Positions 35,575-49,100 of a DNA stretch of 64,000 bases are shown one piece after another. The notes beneath the pieces were generated by a model. It made no database searches. It was not told where the DNA came from and saw only the letters and a program-made list of their open reading frames with translations. The stretch is from NCBI RefSeq assembly GCF_028641065.1, contig NC_073394.1, positions 16,554,001-16,618,000 on the forward strand. The letters run 5' to 3'. The stretch's first letter is position 1. Every line of letters starts with the position of its first letter. The stretch is from Leucoraja erinacea (lineage: Eukaryota). The position numbers and the translations under genes were made by a program.

Positions 35575-38500
35575 TCACTTTGTCTCGGGCTTTTTCTCTC
35601 CAGCGTCAAGTTTTGGTAATTCAACCGGCTCACGATGTGCTGGGAAAGTTTCCCACGGGCTATTGAGGTCAAATTTGCGGAATTCCTGAGATAGTTCAAC
35701 TGGCTCAGCAACCACACGTTTGACTTCATCATCATAACGTACCTGGAAGAAAAGATAACAAGTAACATGGGTGACATACTTCATGAGATCGAACAATTAA
35801 CATTGATGTTTAATTATTTCTAAATAGCGGATGTGCTTGCATTGCAGATTTTTAGAACCTAGAACGTACTGCACAGAAATGGGCCCTTAGGCCCAAAATG
35901 TTTGGGCCGAACTTAGTGCCAAATTAAACAGATCTCATCTGCTTGTACATGATCCATATTCCTCTATTCCTTGCACTTGCATATCTAAAAGCCTCTTAAA
36001 AGCCTCAAATCTCCTCCACCACCACCTCAGGCAATGCCTTCCAGGCCCCCCAACACCGTATACAAAACTTGACATGTATATCTCCATTAAACTTTCCCCC
36101 TCTCACCTTACAACTATGAGCTCCAGTGTTGGACATTTTTACCCTGGGTAAAATGCTCTGACTGTCTATCAAGTCTCCCCTCAACCTCAGACCTTCCAAA
36201 GAAAACAATCCAAGTTTATCCAACTTCTCCTTGTACCTGAAAGCCTCTAAACAAGGCAGCATTTTGGTAAACCTCCTCTGCACCCTCTTCAAAATCTCCA
36301 CATCCTTCCTGTCACTTAGCGACAGAACTACAGGCAATACTCCAAATACTGCACGCAATACTCAAAACTTTTTTCAGAAATTTCAGGAGCAGGGTGAATG
36401 GTAGAGAAAAGCAAAAGTCAATTAAAAAAAATTGATAGCTACACTATTGTAGAAACCAGATGTTATACCTCCACATAGCCAGACAGTGGAAAGTCTTTGC
36501 GGAAAGGATGGCCTTCAAATCCATAGTCTGTAAGAATTCGTCTCAGGTCTGGATGGTTAGCAAAGAATACACCATACATATCCCAAATCTGGAATGAATA
36601 GTAGACATTTCTAATTTAATTATAAACTTTAAATTGTAGACTTAATAGATTCAATATATTTATGAAAGACATCAGAAATTTGTGCATCCAACCTACAAAA
36701 TCTAAAATTATCTACTGGATAAAATGTTTTAAATTATAAAACCATACATAATAAATAAATTACTTAAATGTCACTTCTGAATTAGATCATTTATTGTATC
36801 TTGACTTAATCTAATGTCCTATTTTCCGTGCTTGCATCCCAAAGCGCAGTAGAGTTGTTTTAAATCGTATTATTAATTGTGTGGCTGCTTTTGGAAAATA
36901 AGCATCTTACAACAGTTAAGTCCAATTCAACCCTAAAAGCCTCATGATTTTTCACTTGGAATTCAAATTTTAACAAATCAATGAAGTAAAAGTCACCCAG
37001 TTTATCAAATCTGCTCTTTCCAGATAAATTAAGAGCCATCAAAGGCTGGATGCCCCCAAAACTGATGCCATTCCTCAAATTAAAAATTCAAATCTGTACT
37101 ACTGACATCCACAAGCAACTTTCCTCCACCAAATTAGATAGCCATCCTGAATTTGTACACACAACCTTCAATTGGTATTTGTTACAACGTACAAAGTAGT
37201 TCAGCAAGTTCTATAAAAAAATAAATCATTTAAATAACATCTCTCATCAGAACAGGTAAGAAGTCCCATTGAGACTGGAGTCTACCTTTGGTTTTTAGAC
37301 ATTTAACGATAAAGCAATGATTTGTAGTTTTCTTCATACTGATCTCCAATCCTGCCTACAACTAGCTACCTAAAGCCTTGTTTTCATATTCAATTAAATG
37401 AATAATCTACCCTCATTAATAATTAATAGGCTGTCAGAATGTTGTTGAACCTCTTCTTTGCCGGTCTATCAGATTCTGTCAGCAAGCTCTAGCCTCCGAT
37501 ATCTACTATTGCTCTGCTCTGCTCTTAGTTCAATTATCTACCACTCCTTAAGGTTACATCCCTCCAAGCATTGCACTTTGTCTTGCCTTTCCAGGAGGCA
37601 AACTATTAATAAAACAGGAGAATCCAGGTCTTCTTCTTGCGTATGTCGTGCACAGCCTAAAGTTGACGGACAACTTGTTCTATTTGATCTTATTTGATTA
37701 TGCACGTCAGGTTGATTGCATTCGTTGAAACAGGGCGGACCACGTGAAGGTTGCAACCTCCCACCTCAAGAATTCAGGTCAGCTTATATTCATTGTGAGA
37801 GCAACAAAATCAATCTCAGATCAATGCCCTTTGCCTGAGCTGGAAAAAAATCATTGTATTGCTTCAGCTCACCTCTCTTTCATACCAGTTTGCAGCTTGA
37901 AACACAGGTACTAAGGAATCCAACGGCGTCAACTCATCGGTGTAAGTTTTCACACGTATGCGAGAATTAAACCGCAGCGAAAGCATGTTATATACAATCT
38001 ATTGCAAAAGAAGCAGTTATCTTAAAATTCAATCATGACTATCATTAATCAGAACACTGAAACAAGATACAAGATACACCGAAACAAATGAAAGTCTTGC
38101 ACAAATTGTTAATTTTTGTAAAACTCTGAAATACATCATTGCATATTCTTTATATTTATGCATGCATGGAATTAAACAAGTGATTTGGCAATTTGGATTT
38201 TCCTATCATGGCTTTTGTTTATGATTAACTCTATACTTTTTTAAGCATCAAAAGGAAGTGATGTGTGGAAAAGTGTTCAAACAAAATACGCAAATTTTCT
38301 TTGAGCTTTATTTTCTGATAGGTGATTGCAGTGATATTTGCATGTATGAAGTCTATGCCATCATTCAAGAAATAAAGACGTTGAAGTCCATTCTCAGTGT
38401 AATTGACAATATCCAATTGGCAATGGTGTCTCATTGATAAAGATGCTGTTGTAAGGTTCATTTGAGACTATGCACTCACATGCCGCTCACATGTATTTTT

Positions 38501-41500
38501 GTTAATTTCACTCAAAAGTGTGATCTGATGAAGATTGTCAGAGTCCTGACCTATGCCATTTGCTATTTATTTTGTTCTTAGAGCACTGCACACATAACTC
38601 TTTCACTTCTGTTCTGTTCCTACTTCTCATACAAGATCTACTTTGGAAGGAAGTAGTCTTCCATTTTAGACAACATTTTACCCAATATATTTTATGCTTC
38701 GGCACAAGCAATAAGCATTTTAAGTAAAATCTAATAAATACAAAGTAATTTGAAATTCTCATAATAAAATATGCACAATTTAAAAGCTGCTATATATGTA
38801 ATACTTCATAACTGTAGCCCTGACCCTTTAATCCCATTACCTCAAATCTAAACGGACGAGTTGGGACATCCACTGCAGTCTCATCAGCAAGCGATTTAAA
38901 TTGGGCATTGGTATGATCTCGCAGGAATGTCAGCACCGGTATTATGCCATCTGGATGGATACAGAGTTCCAATTCATTGAAACAAGTTACCTATTGAACA
39001 AAGGCAAGACAAAGATATGTATTGAAGAAAAATAAAAAATAATTGCAGGTGTTGGGAATTTGAAATAAATACAGAAAATGCCAAAAACATTCAGCGGGAC
39101 ATAGAGAGTCACAGAGACATACAGTGTGGAAACAGGTCATTCGGCCTTACTTGCCCATGCCAACCAACGTGTCCCATCTATACTCGTCCCACCTGCCTGC
39201 ATTTAGCCCGTAACCTTCTAAACCTATCCTAAACATGGTAATAGTACATGGCTCAAGCTACCTCCTCTGGCAGCGTGTTTCATAAACTTACCACCCTTTG
39301 TGTAAAAACGTTGCCCCTCAGGTTCTTGATTACTCTATTCTGGGTAAAAGACTCTGTGCATTTACCCTATCTATTCTTCTCATGATTTTATACACCTCTA
39401 TAAGATCATCCCTCATCATCCTGTGTTGTAACGTATAAAGTCTGAGCCTGCTCAACTTCTCCCTACAGCTCAGGCAGCTCATATAGATCATACAGCTTAC
39501 CTGAATGCGTTGGACATATTTGGGAAGAATGTCAGCGACATATTCACCAAACTGGGATAGCTGGTTCCACTGTAGTTCATTCTTTGGTCTGACAGTTGCT
39601 GCAAGATAAAATGCCTGATAAACCACAAGTATGGAGTTTCTATCATATTTTTTTCCCCCATTAAAAGCATCCAGGCTTCTTGGTTCATTTTTCCAACAAA
39701 TCTCAATGTGTCAGTCAATTTATTTTCCAAATCCAAGTATTAATAAATGGTGTTGCAATTGGAACAAGTTAAAATCGGACTTGTCTGCACCTGGTATTAG
39801 CTTTCCGAAACCTCTCCATCACCAAGTCACAAGTCAGGACTGTAATAGAATGTTTTCCATATCTGGATGAGGGAATCTACATTAATCATGGTTCAACATT
39901 ACTTCGATGAAGGTAGATTACCGGTAGGCAACACATCCATTGACTTAATCATCTGCAGCACATTAAGCAATAATTTGCTAAAACCAAAACAGCAGCACTT
40001 CACACAGCAGAAACCTTCATTTACAAGGATAAGGACAGTAGATACGCAGGGTATCACCATGGTGTACCTTTAACACTTGGACCTCAGCAGAGTTAGAAAA
40101 AAGCTCATCACCATTTCTGCACAACCAATGGCAAACACACAATACTGTTTTCATCCTAGAGAACAATGAAATAAAAAATCCCACCTCACATATTATGTTG
40201 CTTAGTTAACTTAAATTTCCAATTCAACCCCAAGCACATGTTAATCATAATGTAAAAGATTAACCTTTATTACATACCACACCACCTTTCCTTGTAACTG
40301 AATCCTCTCTTATGTGGCACTCTTGAAAAATTGTTTTGCTCTCCAAGTAGAGAACCATAATTACTAACTCTCTGTAAAAGAGCGCCTTTACTTGGAAGCT
40401 TCCCAATGTCGTCTGTGGATTTGCATATTAAAACCAAGATACAATTAAAAGAACATTTGGCAGTTACTTACGTCGTGTCTCGGGGGTCGATCCCTCATAC
40501 CTGGTTTGCGATACTGAAACACTCCAGCCCGGGGCTAAGATAAAAACACAGGCAAGATTTTAACATCTCATTTGGATCAAAATAATTTTAAAAATGAATC
40601 TATGTATTTTACATAAACTGAAACTGTAATACAAATCAAAATCACACTTGATAAAGAAACATTAGGAATAAAAAGTGACCGTTAATTAAATGGAGCACTA
40701 GCTGAAAATATAAGTGATATAACTTAAAATATAACGAGTACAAAATTAAAGTGGGATTCTTTAAAAGTCCATCAGCCTTGGCTCATCGAGACACAGGACA
40801 AGTCAAGGTTCAAACAATTTTGCCCATAATCTAGGACTCTTCTGGAGAACTCACGACCCCTACATCTCAAAAGTGACAACGCTTTGTTTTTTATTCTGGA
40901 CAGCTAGATGTAAATAATGTCATGGTATTATACTAGGCACAAGAAAATAGTCTCAGCATCATTGTTAACATTTATCCTATTTAAAAACATTGATTGTTAA
41001 CAGTAATACAAATGAAATAGCCTATTGACAAGTGAAGGTTTTTGGTTAGGAGGTAATATGCAGGTACAGAGAGAAAGAAAATGCTGAACACATCACATAA
41101 CTGAATTAGAGTACTGGTGCCAGCTGGGATCTGTAGCAGGGCTTCAGCGTTTAAACATAGAAAAGTACAATGCAGCAATAGGCTCTTCAGTCCATAATGT
41201 CTGTGCCAAACATGCCAAGAATAAACAAATCTCATCGGCTTATACATTACTCATATCCATTCCTAGCATATCTGTGCCTATCTACCTTAAACACCACTAT
41301 TGTGTCTGCCTCCACCACTGTTCTGGCAGCGCACTCCAAGCACCCACCATCCTCTGTGTAAAACATTTACCCTGCACATCTCCTTTAAACTTTGCCCCTC
41401 TCACCTTAAAGCTCTGCCCTCCAATATTTGAGATGCCCATCCTGTGAAAAAGGTTGACTGTCCACCATATCTATGCCTCTCATAATTTTATAAACTTCTA

Positions 41501-44500
41501 TCAGGTTTCCTCTCAGTCACCAATGCACCAGAGAAAGCAACCCAACCTCTCCTTGTAACTAATATCTTCAAATCCAGGCATCATTCTGATAAATCTCTTC
41601 TGCACCAATTCTAACCCTCCATATCCTTCTTGTATTAGTGTGACCAGAACTCACAGAATACTCCAAATGTGGCCTATCCAAAGTCCTATAAAACTATATC
41701 ATGACTTCCACATTCTTACATACAATGCTCCAACCAATGAAGGCAAGCATACTATATGCTTTGTTTACCACTCTATCTACTTGTGTTGCCTGTTTCAGGG
41801 ACTTGTGGACATGGATCCCAATATCCCTCTGCATATCAATGTTGTTAAGGGTGCCATTCATTCATTATCTTTACATTCGGCCTCCCAAAGTGCCATACCA
41901 CACACTTGCTCAGATTAAATGCCATCCGGCATTTGTCCACCCATTTCTGTAGCTGATCTATATACTGCTGCATACTTTGACAGCTTTCATCACAGTCCCC
42001 AACCCCAGCAATCTTGGTGGCATCTGTAAACTTACTAACCAACTCTTCTACATTTAAGCAGCCAAGGTCTCCAGCCTGAATATTGTCTTTCCATCACAAA
42101 CCTACCCCTTCAAACAGTAAGCGAGTTCTGAACCCAAGTCACTGGTAATCCTGGAACAGTGTCTTACTCTTCTGGATTAGTTTACCGGGGAGACTTTATC
42201 AAATGCCTTACTAAATCCATGTAGACAACATCCATGACCCTCCCCTCATCGATCACCTTCATCACCTCCCCAGAAAACTCAATCATGTCAATCCTTGAGC
42301 TGCTCTACCTTCTCCCTGTTACCCTTTTGCTTTTAAAGTAGGTATAAAAAGCCTTTTGGATTTTCATTAATTTGACTCACCAAATCCATTTTGTGGCCCC
42401 TTTTGTACCTTCTAATTGGCCGATTGAGTTCTTTTCTCCTTGCTTTATATTCCTCAAAAGCCCTGTCTGATTCCATCTTTTTAAACCTGGCATACGCTTC
42501 CTTTAGACACAAGGAACAGCAGTTGCTAGTTTATAAGAAAAAGACACAAAATGCTGAAGTAACTCAGTGGGTTAAGCAGCATCTCTGGAGAACATGAATG
42601 GGCAACGTTTTGGGTTGGCAACATTGGGCAGATGATAGTAGTAGGGGGGAGAAAGCTGGAAGAGACACGGGGATGGGACAAATCTTGGCAAGAGATGGCA
42701 GATACATGTGACGGGTGGGGGGGGGTGGGTGATGATTGATTGGCAATGGGTGGATAAAGGCCAGAGATGAAGAGACAAAAATAGTGAGAAAGGGAGATAA
42801 GAATAGGCTTGAAATTTGATGCCAGAGGAAGTAATATAGGCGGAAGAGGACAGGGACAGGAGAAAGGGAGAAATGGGTACATATCCAGTTGGGGGGCACA
42901 GGGAAGAGAAGGGGGAGGTTGTACGTTAGCTACTTAAAATTGGAGAATTCAATGTTCATTCTATTGTGTTGTAAGCCACTGGAGGAGGCTTAGAACGCAA
43001 AGGTCAGTATGGGAATAGAAAGGGAAGTTAAAACTGTTGGCAACCAGGATATACAGCAAGCCTTGGAAGATTTAGCCGGTTAAAGGAGGTGCATGTGATT
43101 CTCTGTCTAACCTGAAAGGACTGCGGGGACCCTGCATAGATGTGAGGGAGAAGGTATAGGGACAGGTGTTACAGGGGAAAGTACCTGAGGAGGGGGTGGT
43201 CTTGTGTGGGAAGTGATGAGTGAACCAAGGAGTTGTGGAGGGATCTGTGGAAAGTGAAAAGTGGCAGAGGTGGGAAGATGTGGTGGGATCACAGTGAAGA
43301 TGGCAGAACTGTTGGAGAATAATGTGTTGGATATTGCGACTAGTGAGGTGAAAAGTAACGACCAGTAACACTATCCTTGTTCCGTCTGGGGGCGGGGCAG
43401 AATGACACAAGGAACTGCAGAAGCTGGTTGACAAAAAAAGACTAAGTGCTGGAGTAACTCAGCGGGTCAGGTAGCATAGCATCTATGGAGAACATGAATA
43501 GGTGACATTTCGGGTCAGTACCTTTCTTCAGTCTGACCCCGTAGTAGGGCAAGGCAGAGGAAGGTGGAAGAGTGGAGCGGGTGCAAATATGTGAGGGAGA
43601 GTTTCGATTGGCAGCTGGGTGGACTAAGACCGGGGATGAAAAGATAAAAAATGTGAGATCAGGAAAGAAAATGCATAATATATGGATCCAGAAGTAGGAA
43701 TATAGGTAGGTAGGTGGGGTTGACGTAATATTGCAGAATTCAGATCCAAATATCTTGGAATCGTTAAAGCAGTGTTTTCTATTGTGTTAATATGCCCCAG
43801 TATTCACTTCTTCTTCTATGCCTGTTCACATGGTCGTTAATTCCTCAATCTTTCAAAAAATTACCAAATTTTTCTTTAAATGCCTCCTGCGACCTAGCTT
43901 GCATAATTGTCCAGGGTTAGCAAATTCCAGATATGGAAGAATTTCTTTAAGAAGAAATTCATACACACCTCTGTTTTAAATTACTTCCTTCTTTTCTTGA
44001 CATTAGCTGCCCTCGTTCAAGACTCTCCCAAAAACACAATGTTAACTCTATCATATCCCTTTGGATCTTGTGTGACTCAATTTTCTAAACAAACAAAAAG
44101 AGATGCAACTTTTTTTTAGTTTTTGATAGAATAACCCACATGTCCCCTTTAGACTGTCTCCAATGGTAGTATATCCTTTCTTAAATAAGGGGTTCAAAAC
44201 AGTATGCAACAAAACCCTGCATAATTGTAATGATACTTCTCTAAATCTGAACTCTGACTCCCTTGAAATAACACCCAATGTGCCACTTGCATTGTTAACT
44301 ACTGGTTGCACTTAAATGTTATCGTTTTTGGATTTGCAAGCAAGATCCATGCTAAATTCCAAACAATCTCTCAAACGTCTGCCTTTTGAGTTCTCCCACT
44401 GAAGTGCATGGCATTACACGTTCCTACATAAAACTACATTTCCTCTCTCACTCAACCTTTATCTTGTTCAAGAGTTCAAATATCCCCACTACAGTATACA

Positions 44501-47500
44501 CTCTCATATTTTTTACTTTTTCTACTAATTCTGATGACTTACACTCTATCCTACCCTATATTATGAGCAGATAGTTTGGCATGGAGCAGCTGGCAGAGTG
44601 GCTGCCGCTCAGCGCTGGGGAACCGGGTTTGATCCCGTCTGTATGAAGTTTGCATGTTTTCCCTGTGATCGCGTGGGTTTCCTCCGGGTGCTCCAGTTTC
44701 CTCCAACGTCCCAAAGATACATAGAAACATAGACATAGAAAATAGATGCAGGAGGCCATTCGGCCCTTCGAGCCAGCACCACCATTCATTGTGATCATGG
44801 CTGATCATCCCCTATCAATAACCCGTGCCTGCCTTCTCTCCATATGCCTTGACTGCACTAGCCCCTAGAGCTCTATCGAACGTTCTCTTAAATCCATCCA
44901 GTGACTTGGCCTCCACTGCCCTCTGTGGCAGGGAATTCCATAAATTCATAACTCTCTGGGTGAAAAAGATTTTTCTCACCTCAGTCTTAAATGACCTCCC
45001 CTTTATTCTAAGACTGTGGCCCCTGGTTCTGGACTCGCACAACATTGGGAACATTTTTCCAGCATCTAGTCCTTTTATAATTTTATATGTTTCTATAAGG
45101 TGCGGGTTTTAAGTTTGGCAGCACAGTGATGCAGTGGCAGAGATGCTGCCTTACAGCGCCAGAGACTCAGGTTCGATCCTGACTACGGGTACTGTATGTA
45201 CGTCCTCCCCGTGACCGTGTGTGTTTTCTCCAGGAACTTTGGTTTCCTCCCACATTCCAAAAAGAAGTCTGTAGGTTAATTGTCTTCAGTAAAAATTGTA
45301 AATTATCCTTCGTTTGTAGGATTGTGCTAGTGTATGGAGATCGCTGGTCAGCGCAGACGCGGTGGGCTGAAGGGCCTGTTTCCGCACTGTATCTCTAAAC
45401 TAAAACTAAGATAGGACATAATTGAGGGTCAGAAAATGATCCATGTGGCATTCTACTAGTTGCACTCTGTCAGGTGTCACAAAATCTGAGTACATTTTTT
45501 TAAATTCATGGAACCCTGACATTTATCTCACGAAAGTTGTTAAAGAGATTGAAACTACATTCAAAATACTGCAATCAATGGTGGCCTCATTGTTAGGAAG
45601 GATATAAACCTTGAATGTTTCAATATCAAATTTTCAGGAGGATAGGGTCCAGAGATTTGTATTCCCCTGATCAAAAACAACAATTAAAATATGTAATTGA
45701 GTAAAGAGAATCATTTTCTCTGGTGATAGAATTCCACAAGGGGGGGATAAGCTATGTGGAAATGAGCCGTTCTGAAGTATTGTCAGAAAATACAACTTCA
45801 CACAAAAGAAAATATAAAAAGCTCAAACGTACCAAAAAACTGGGACAATTGAAAATGTAAATATGAAATCCATGTAGAGGCATAAAGGGATGTGAAATCT
45901 AACAGTAAGTCGAGTGAAGTACAAATCAGCAATGAACTGGCTAAATGGCAGCCCAGGTGGCACGTACTACCTGAATTTCCACTGTGTAAGGTAAAATGCA
46001 GAGTAATAACATTGATTCAATCATAGGATCAAACGGTAGTGGGGCAACAGCCTTAACAAATTAAATGGGGCAAAATGGAATACCCAAACTAGTCTTTCAT
46101 CTGCCAAATCTTCAGCTTTCCTGACCATGGGAGAGTGTTGCATTTATATGTCAACAATGGAACACATAACAAAGCTTTCTGTTGGAATTATTTGCGGATA
46201 TAAATAAAAGGAGAGTCAGTGTACAAAGGAGAGTCAGTCCTAGAATGTAAAAAGTACAGGGTAGAAAGAAAAGTATTGTTTGTTAGACTGACAGGACTTG
46301 GAGTTGAGGCTTTTTCTGTTTCATCTTTGTTTGGACACAGTGAGAAACATCAACTGATATCCAGGGCTGTTCTTCAATTCCTGCAAGTTACAGGACTGTA
46401 TGTAAGAATTTAGTTCAAACTTTGACCTGTGGAGAGCAGTAATACGCTTAGCAGCGTCTACACTGCCGGAATCCTATAAGAAGAAGAAGTAGAAAGGAGA
46501 GTCAGTGGACGTTGTTTACCTGGATTTTCAGAAGGCCTTTGATAATATGCCACATGGGGCTTCTAAAGATGAGAGCCCATGGTATTAGAGAGAAGACGGA
46601 TATAAGGTTGGCTGAATGGCAGAAGGCAAAGAGTAGGAATAAAGGGGGCCTTTACTAGTTGGTTGCCAGTGACTGGCAGCGTTCCAGAGGGGTCGGTGCT
46701 AGGGCCGCAACTCTTCACGTTGTGTATCAATTATTTGGATGAGGGAATTGAAGGCTTTGTGGTCAAATTTGCGGATGATACGAAGATAGGTGGAACAGCA
46801 GGTAGTGTTGAGAAAGCAGAGACTTTGCAGAAGGACTTGGGACAGGTTGGGAGAGTGTGTTAAGAAGTGGCAGATGGAATACAGTGTAGCAAAGTGTAGA
46901 TTCGTGCATTTTGGTAGTAGGAGTAAAGGTCTAGACTATTTTTTAAATGGGGAAAGAATTAAGAAATTGGAGGTGCTAAGGGACTTGAGAGTGCTGGTGC
47001 AAGATTCTCAAAAGGTTAATTTGTACATTGGATCGTTATTAAGGAAGGCAAATGTAATGTTAGCATTTATTTTGAGAGGTCTAGAATATAAAGACAGGGA
47101 TGTAATGCTAAAGCTTTATAAAGCACTAGTCAGACAACATTTGAAGTATTGTGAGCAGTTTTGGACCATATATCCAAGGAAGGATGTCCTGAGGAGGTTT
47201 ACGAGAATGATCCAGGGCATGATTGGGTTAACGTAGATGAGCTTTTGTGGGCACATAGCCTAAACTCACTGGAGTTTAGAAGGATGATGGGGTACCTCAT
47301 TGAATCTTACAGACTAGTGAAAGGCCTGGATAGTGGATGCGGATAGATGTTTTCACTAGTGGGAGAGTCTAGGACCAGAGGGCATAGCCTCATAATAAAA
47401 GGACGTACCTTTAGAAAGGAGATGATTAGGAATTTCTTTAGTCAGAAGATGATGAATCTGTGGAATTTTCTGGAGATTTTGCAGAGGCCAAGTCATTGGG

Positions 47501-48652
47501 TATTTCTCAGGCAGAGTTTGATAGATTCTTGATTAGTAAGGATATCAAAAAAAAGTGGATAAGTCTCCAGGTCCTGACAGGATATTCCCTAGGACATTGA
47601 GGGAAGTTAATGTAGAAATAGCTGGGGCTATGACAAAAATATTTCAAATGTCATTAGAAACGGGAACAGTCCCCGAGGATTGGCGTACTGCGCATGTTGT
47701 TCCATTGTTTAAAAAGGGTTCTAAGAGTAAACCTAGCAATTATAGACCTGTTAGTTTGACTTCAGTGGTGGGCAAATTAATGAAAAAGATACTTAGAGAT
47801 AATCTTATACAAGCATCTGGATAAACAGGGTCTGATTAGGAACAGTCAACATGGATTTGTGCCTGGAAGGTCATGTTTGACTAATCTTCTTGAATTTTTT
47901 GAAGAGGTTACTAGGGAAATTGACGAGGGTAAAGCAGTGGATGTTATCTATATGGACTTTAGTAAGGCTTTTGACAAGGTTCCTCATGGAAGGTTGGTTA
48001 AGAAGGTTCAACTGTTGGGTATAAATGCAGGAGTAGCAAAATGGATTCAACAGTGGCTGAATGGGAGACGCCAGAAGGTAATGGTGGATGGCTGTTTGTG
48101 GGGTTGAAGACACATTTAGTGTCTATCTTCGATTTAAATCAGCATCTGCAGTTCTTTCCTACACACAAGGTCAGCATGTGAATGGAAGGGGAAGTTAAAG
48201 TGTTTAAAGCCTTCACTCTCCTCGTTCATTCCTGCCACAGGTTAAATGCAGAAAGCAGACAGTACGGGAAGACCTTGGTGTCCTCTGCAGTCTCCACATC
48301 CTCCTACACTCTGATAGGACCCTGTGTTGTTCCGCCACCAACCCTGTCCGTGCCCTGCCTGGTCTCCCCTTCCAACCCCTATTCCCATCAACCCTGTCGA
48401 TCCTCAGTGGCCCTGGACTGGAGCAAGCAGCCAGCAGTGTCACCGAGAGAAGGTCAAACAGCGGCACCATGGCTCACGTCCGCCTTGCCCTGCCTACCCT
48501 CCCACCGCCTGTATGGGCCGGCGCTCCCCGCCACCCCACCGTCTCCACCTCACCACCTTCACCGCCGCCGCCGCCGCCGCCCCCTCCTCACCCGAGTTCC
48601 GGAAGCCTCTCCGCAGCCCAGCGCAGGCCAAACTCACAAGCCTGGCCGCCAT
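35575..48652 (-). CDS. NDUFS3: NADH:ubiquinone oxidoreductase core subunit S3, 7 exons, 261 aa
   Basis: Exons 48592-48652 ([20 protein letters not shown]), 40472-40534, 39501-39598, 38841-38990, 37873-37998 ([22 protein letters not shown]), 36469-36588 ([40 protein letters not shown]) and 35575-35742. All GT-AG, phases consistent, 786 nt in total. Confidence 0.96.
35840..36360 (-). mobile_element. CR1 3' end in NDUFS3 intron 6
   Basis: [14 protein letters not shown]...[19 protein letters not shown]. Confidence 0.8.
41130..42500 (-). mobile_element. Decayed CR1 LINE in NDUFS3 intron 1
   Basis: [13 protein letters not shown]...[23 protein letters not shown] and 3' end motifs. Confidence 0.8.
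42540..43420 (-). mobile_element. Penelope-like element 3' remnant
   Basis: [24 protein letters not shown] motif (pre-GIY-YIG region), pyrimidine tract and terminal repeat. Confidence 0.7.
44720..45095 (-). mobile_element. CR1 3' end
   Basis: [36 protein letters not shown]; tail gaaacatagacatagaa. Confidence 0.9.
45118..45410 (+). mobile_element. HE1/V-SINE-like element (similar copies at about 15760-15965 minus, 25340-25550 minus, 26100-26280, 44565-44720, 59240-59750, 61780-62080)
   Basis: tRNA-like head (ggttcgatcctgac), V-domain-like ggtttcctcccacattccaaa, CR1-like 3' end and (ctaaa)n tail. Confidence 0.8.
46490..48105 (+). mobile_element. Two CR1 LINE fragments next to the NDUFS3 CpG island
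   Basis: ORFs 46663-47532 ([13 protein letters not shown] and 3' end) and 47555-48107 ([15 protein letters not shown]...[13 protein letters not shown]). Confidence 0.9.
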
Positions 48653-49100
48653 GGCAATGGGAACGGAAGCAGCAGCCGGCTGTGCCTCACTAATCCCTCC
48701 CCGCCGCACCAACAGCGGGTCCCACACTAACCCTTCCCCCCTTCACTGGACGCGGAGCTGAGTGCGGCGCCTCTGGCCGACAGGTGACAAACTAGGTAAC
48801 AGCAGTCCTTTTGGCAAAATAATACCAGTGAGTTAACGGGCACTAGGCCCGAGGGGATTTCCTCAATTTTCTGGCTGTGAGAGGACATGGGGCTCAGATG
48901 GACGGCTGTTATATATTCTCCACCAGAAGCCGCTGCCAATCTGTTGTTGTTGGGCTTTTCCAGTCCCTCGGCTGCAGTCACTCGGGCCGCTCACAGGCCC
49001 CGGCTCTTCACGAATGTGTGGCCAGGCTCCCTCAGCTCCGTTTCTACGCCGATGCTCGCCAATAATGTGCAGCCTTTTCCTCCGAATATTTAGGGTGTTC
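48300..49100. promoter_or_regulatory. CpG island / bidirectional promoter of NDUFS3 and KBTBD4
   Basis: GC- and CpG-rich block containing NDUFS3 exon 1, CGGAAG ETS/GABP-type motifs (near 48600 and 48664) and a (CCG)n run at about 48562-48580. Head-to-head arrangement as in human. Confidence 0.85.

Noticed and set aside
48182-49093. Several ORFs in the CpG island
   Set aside because: Stop-poor GC-rich DNA; only the 61-nt NDUFS3 exon 1 has splice and homology support.
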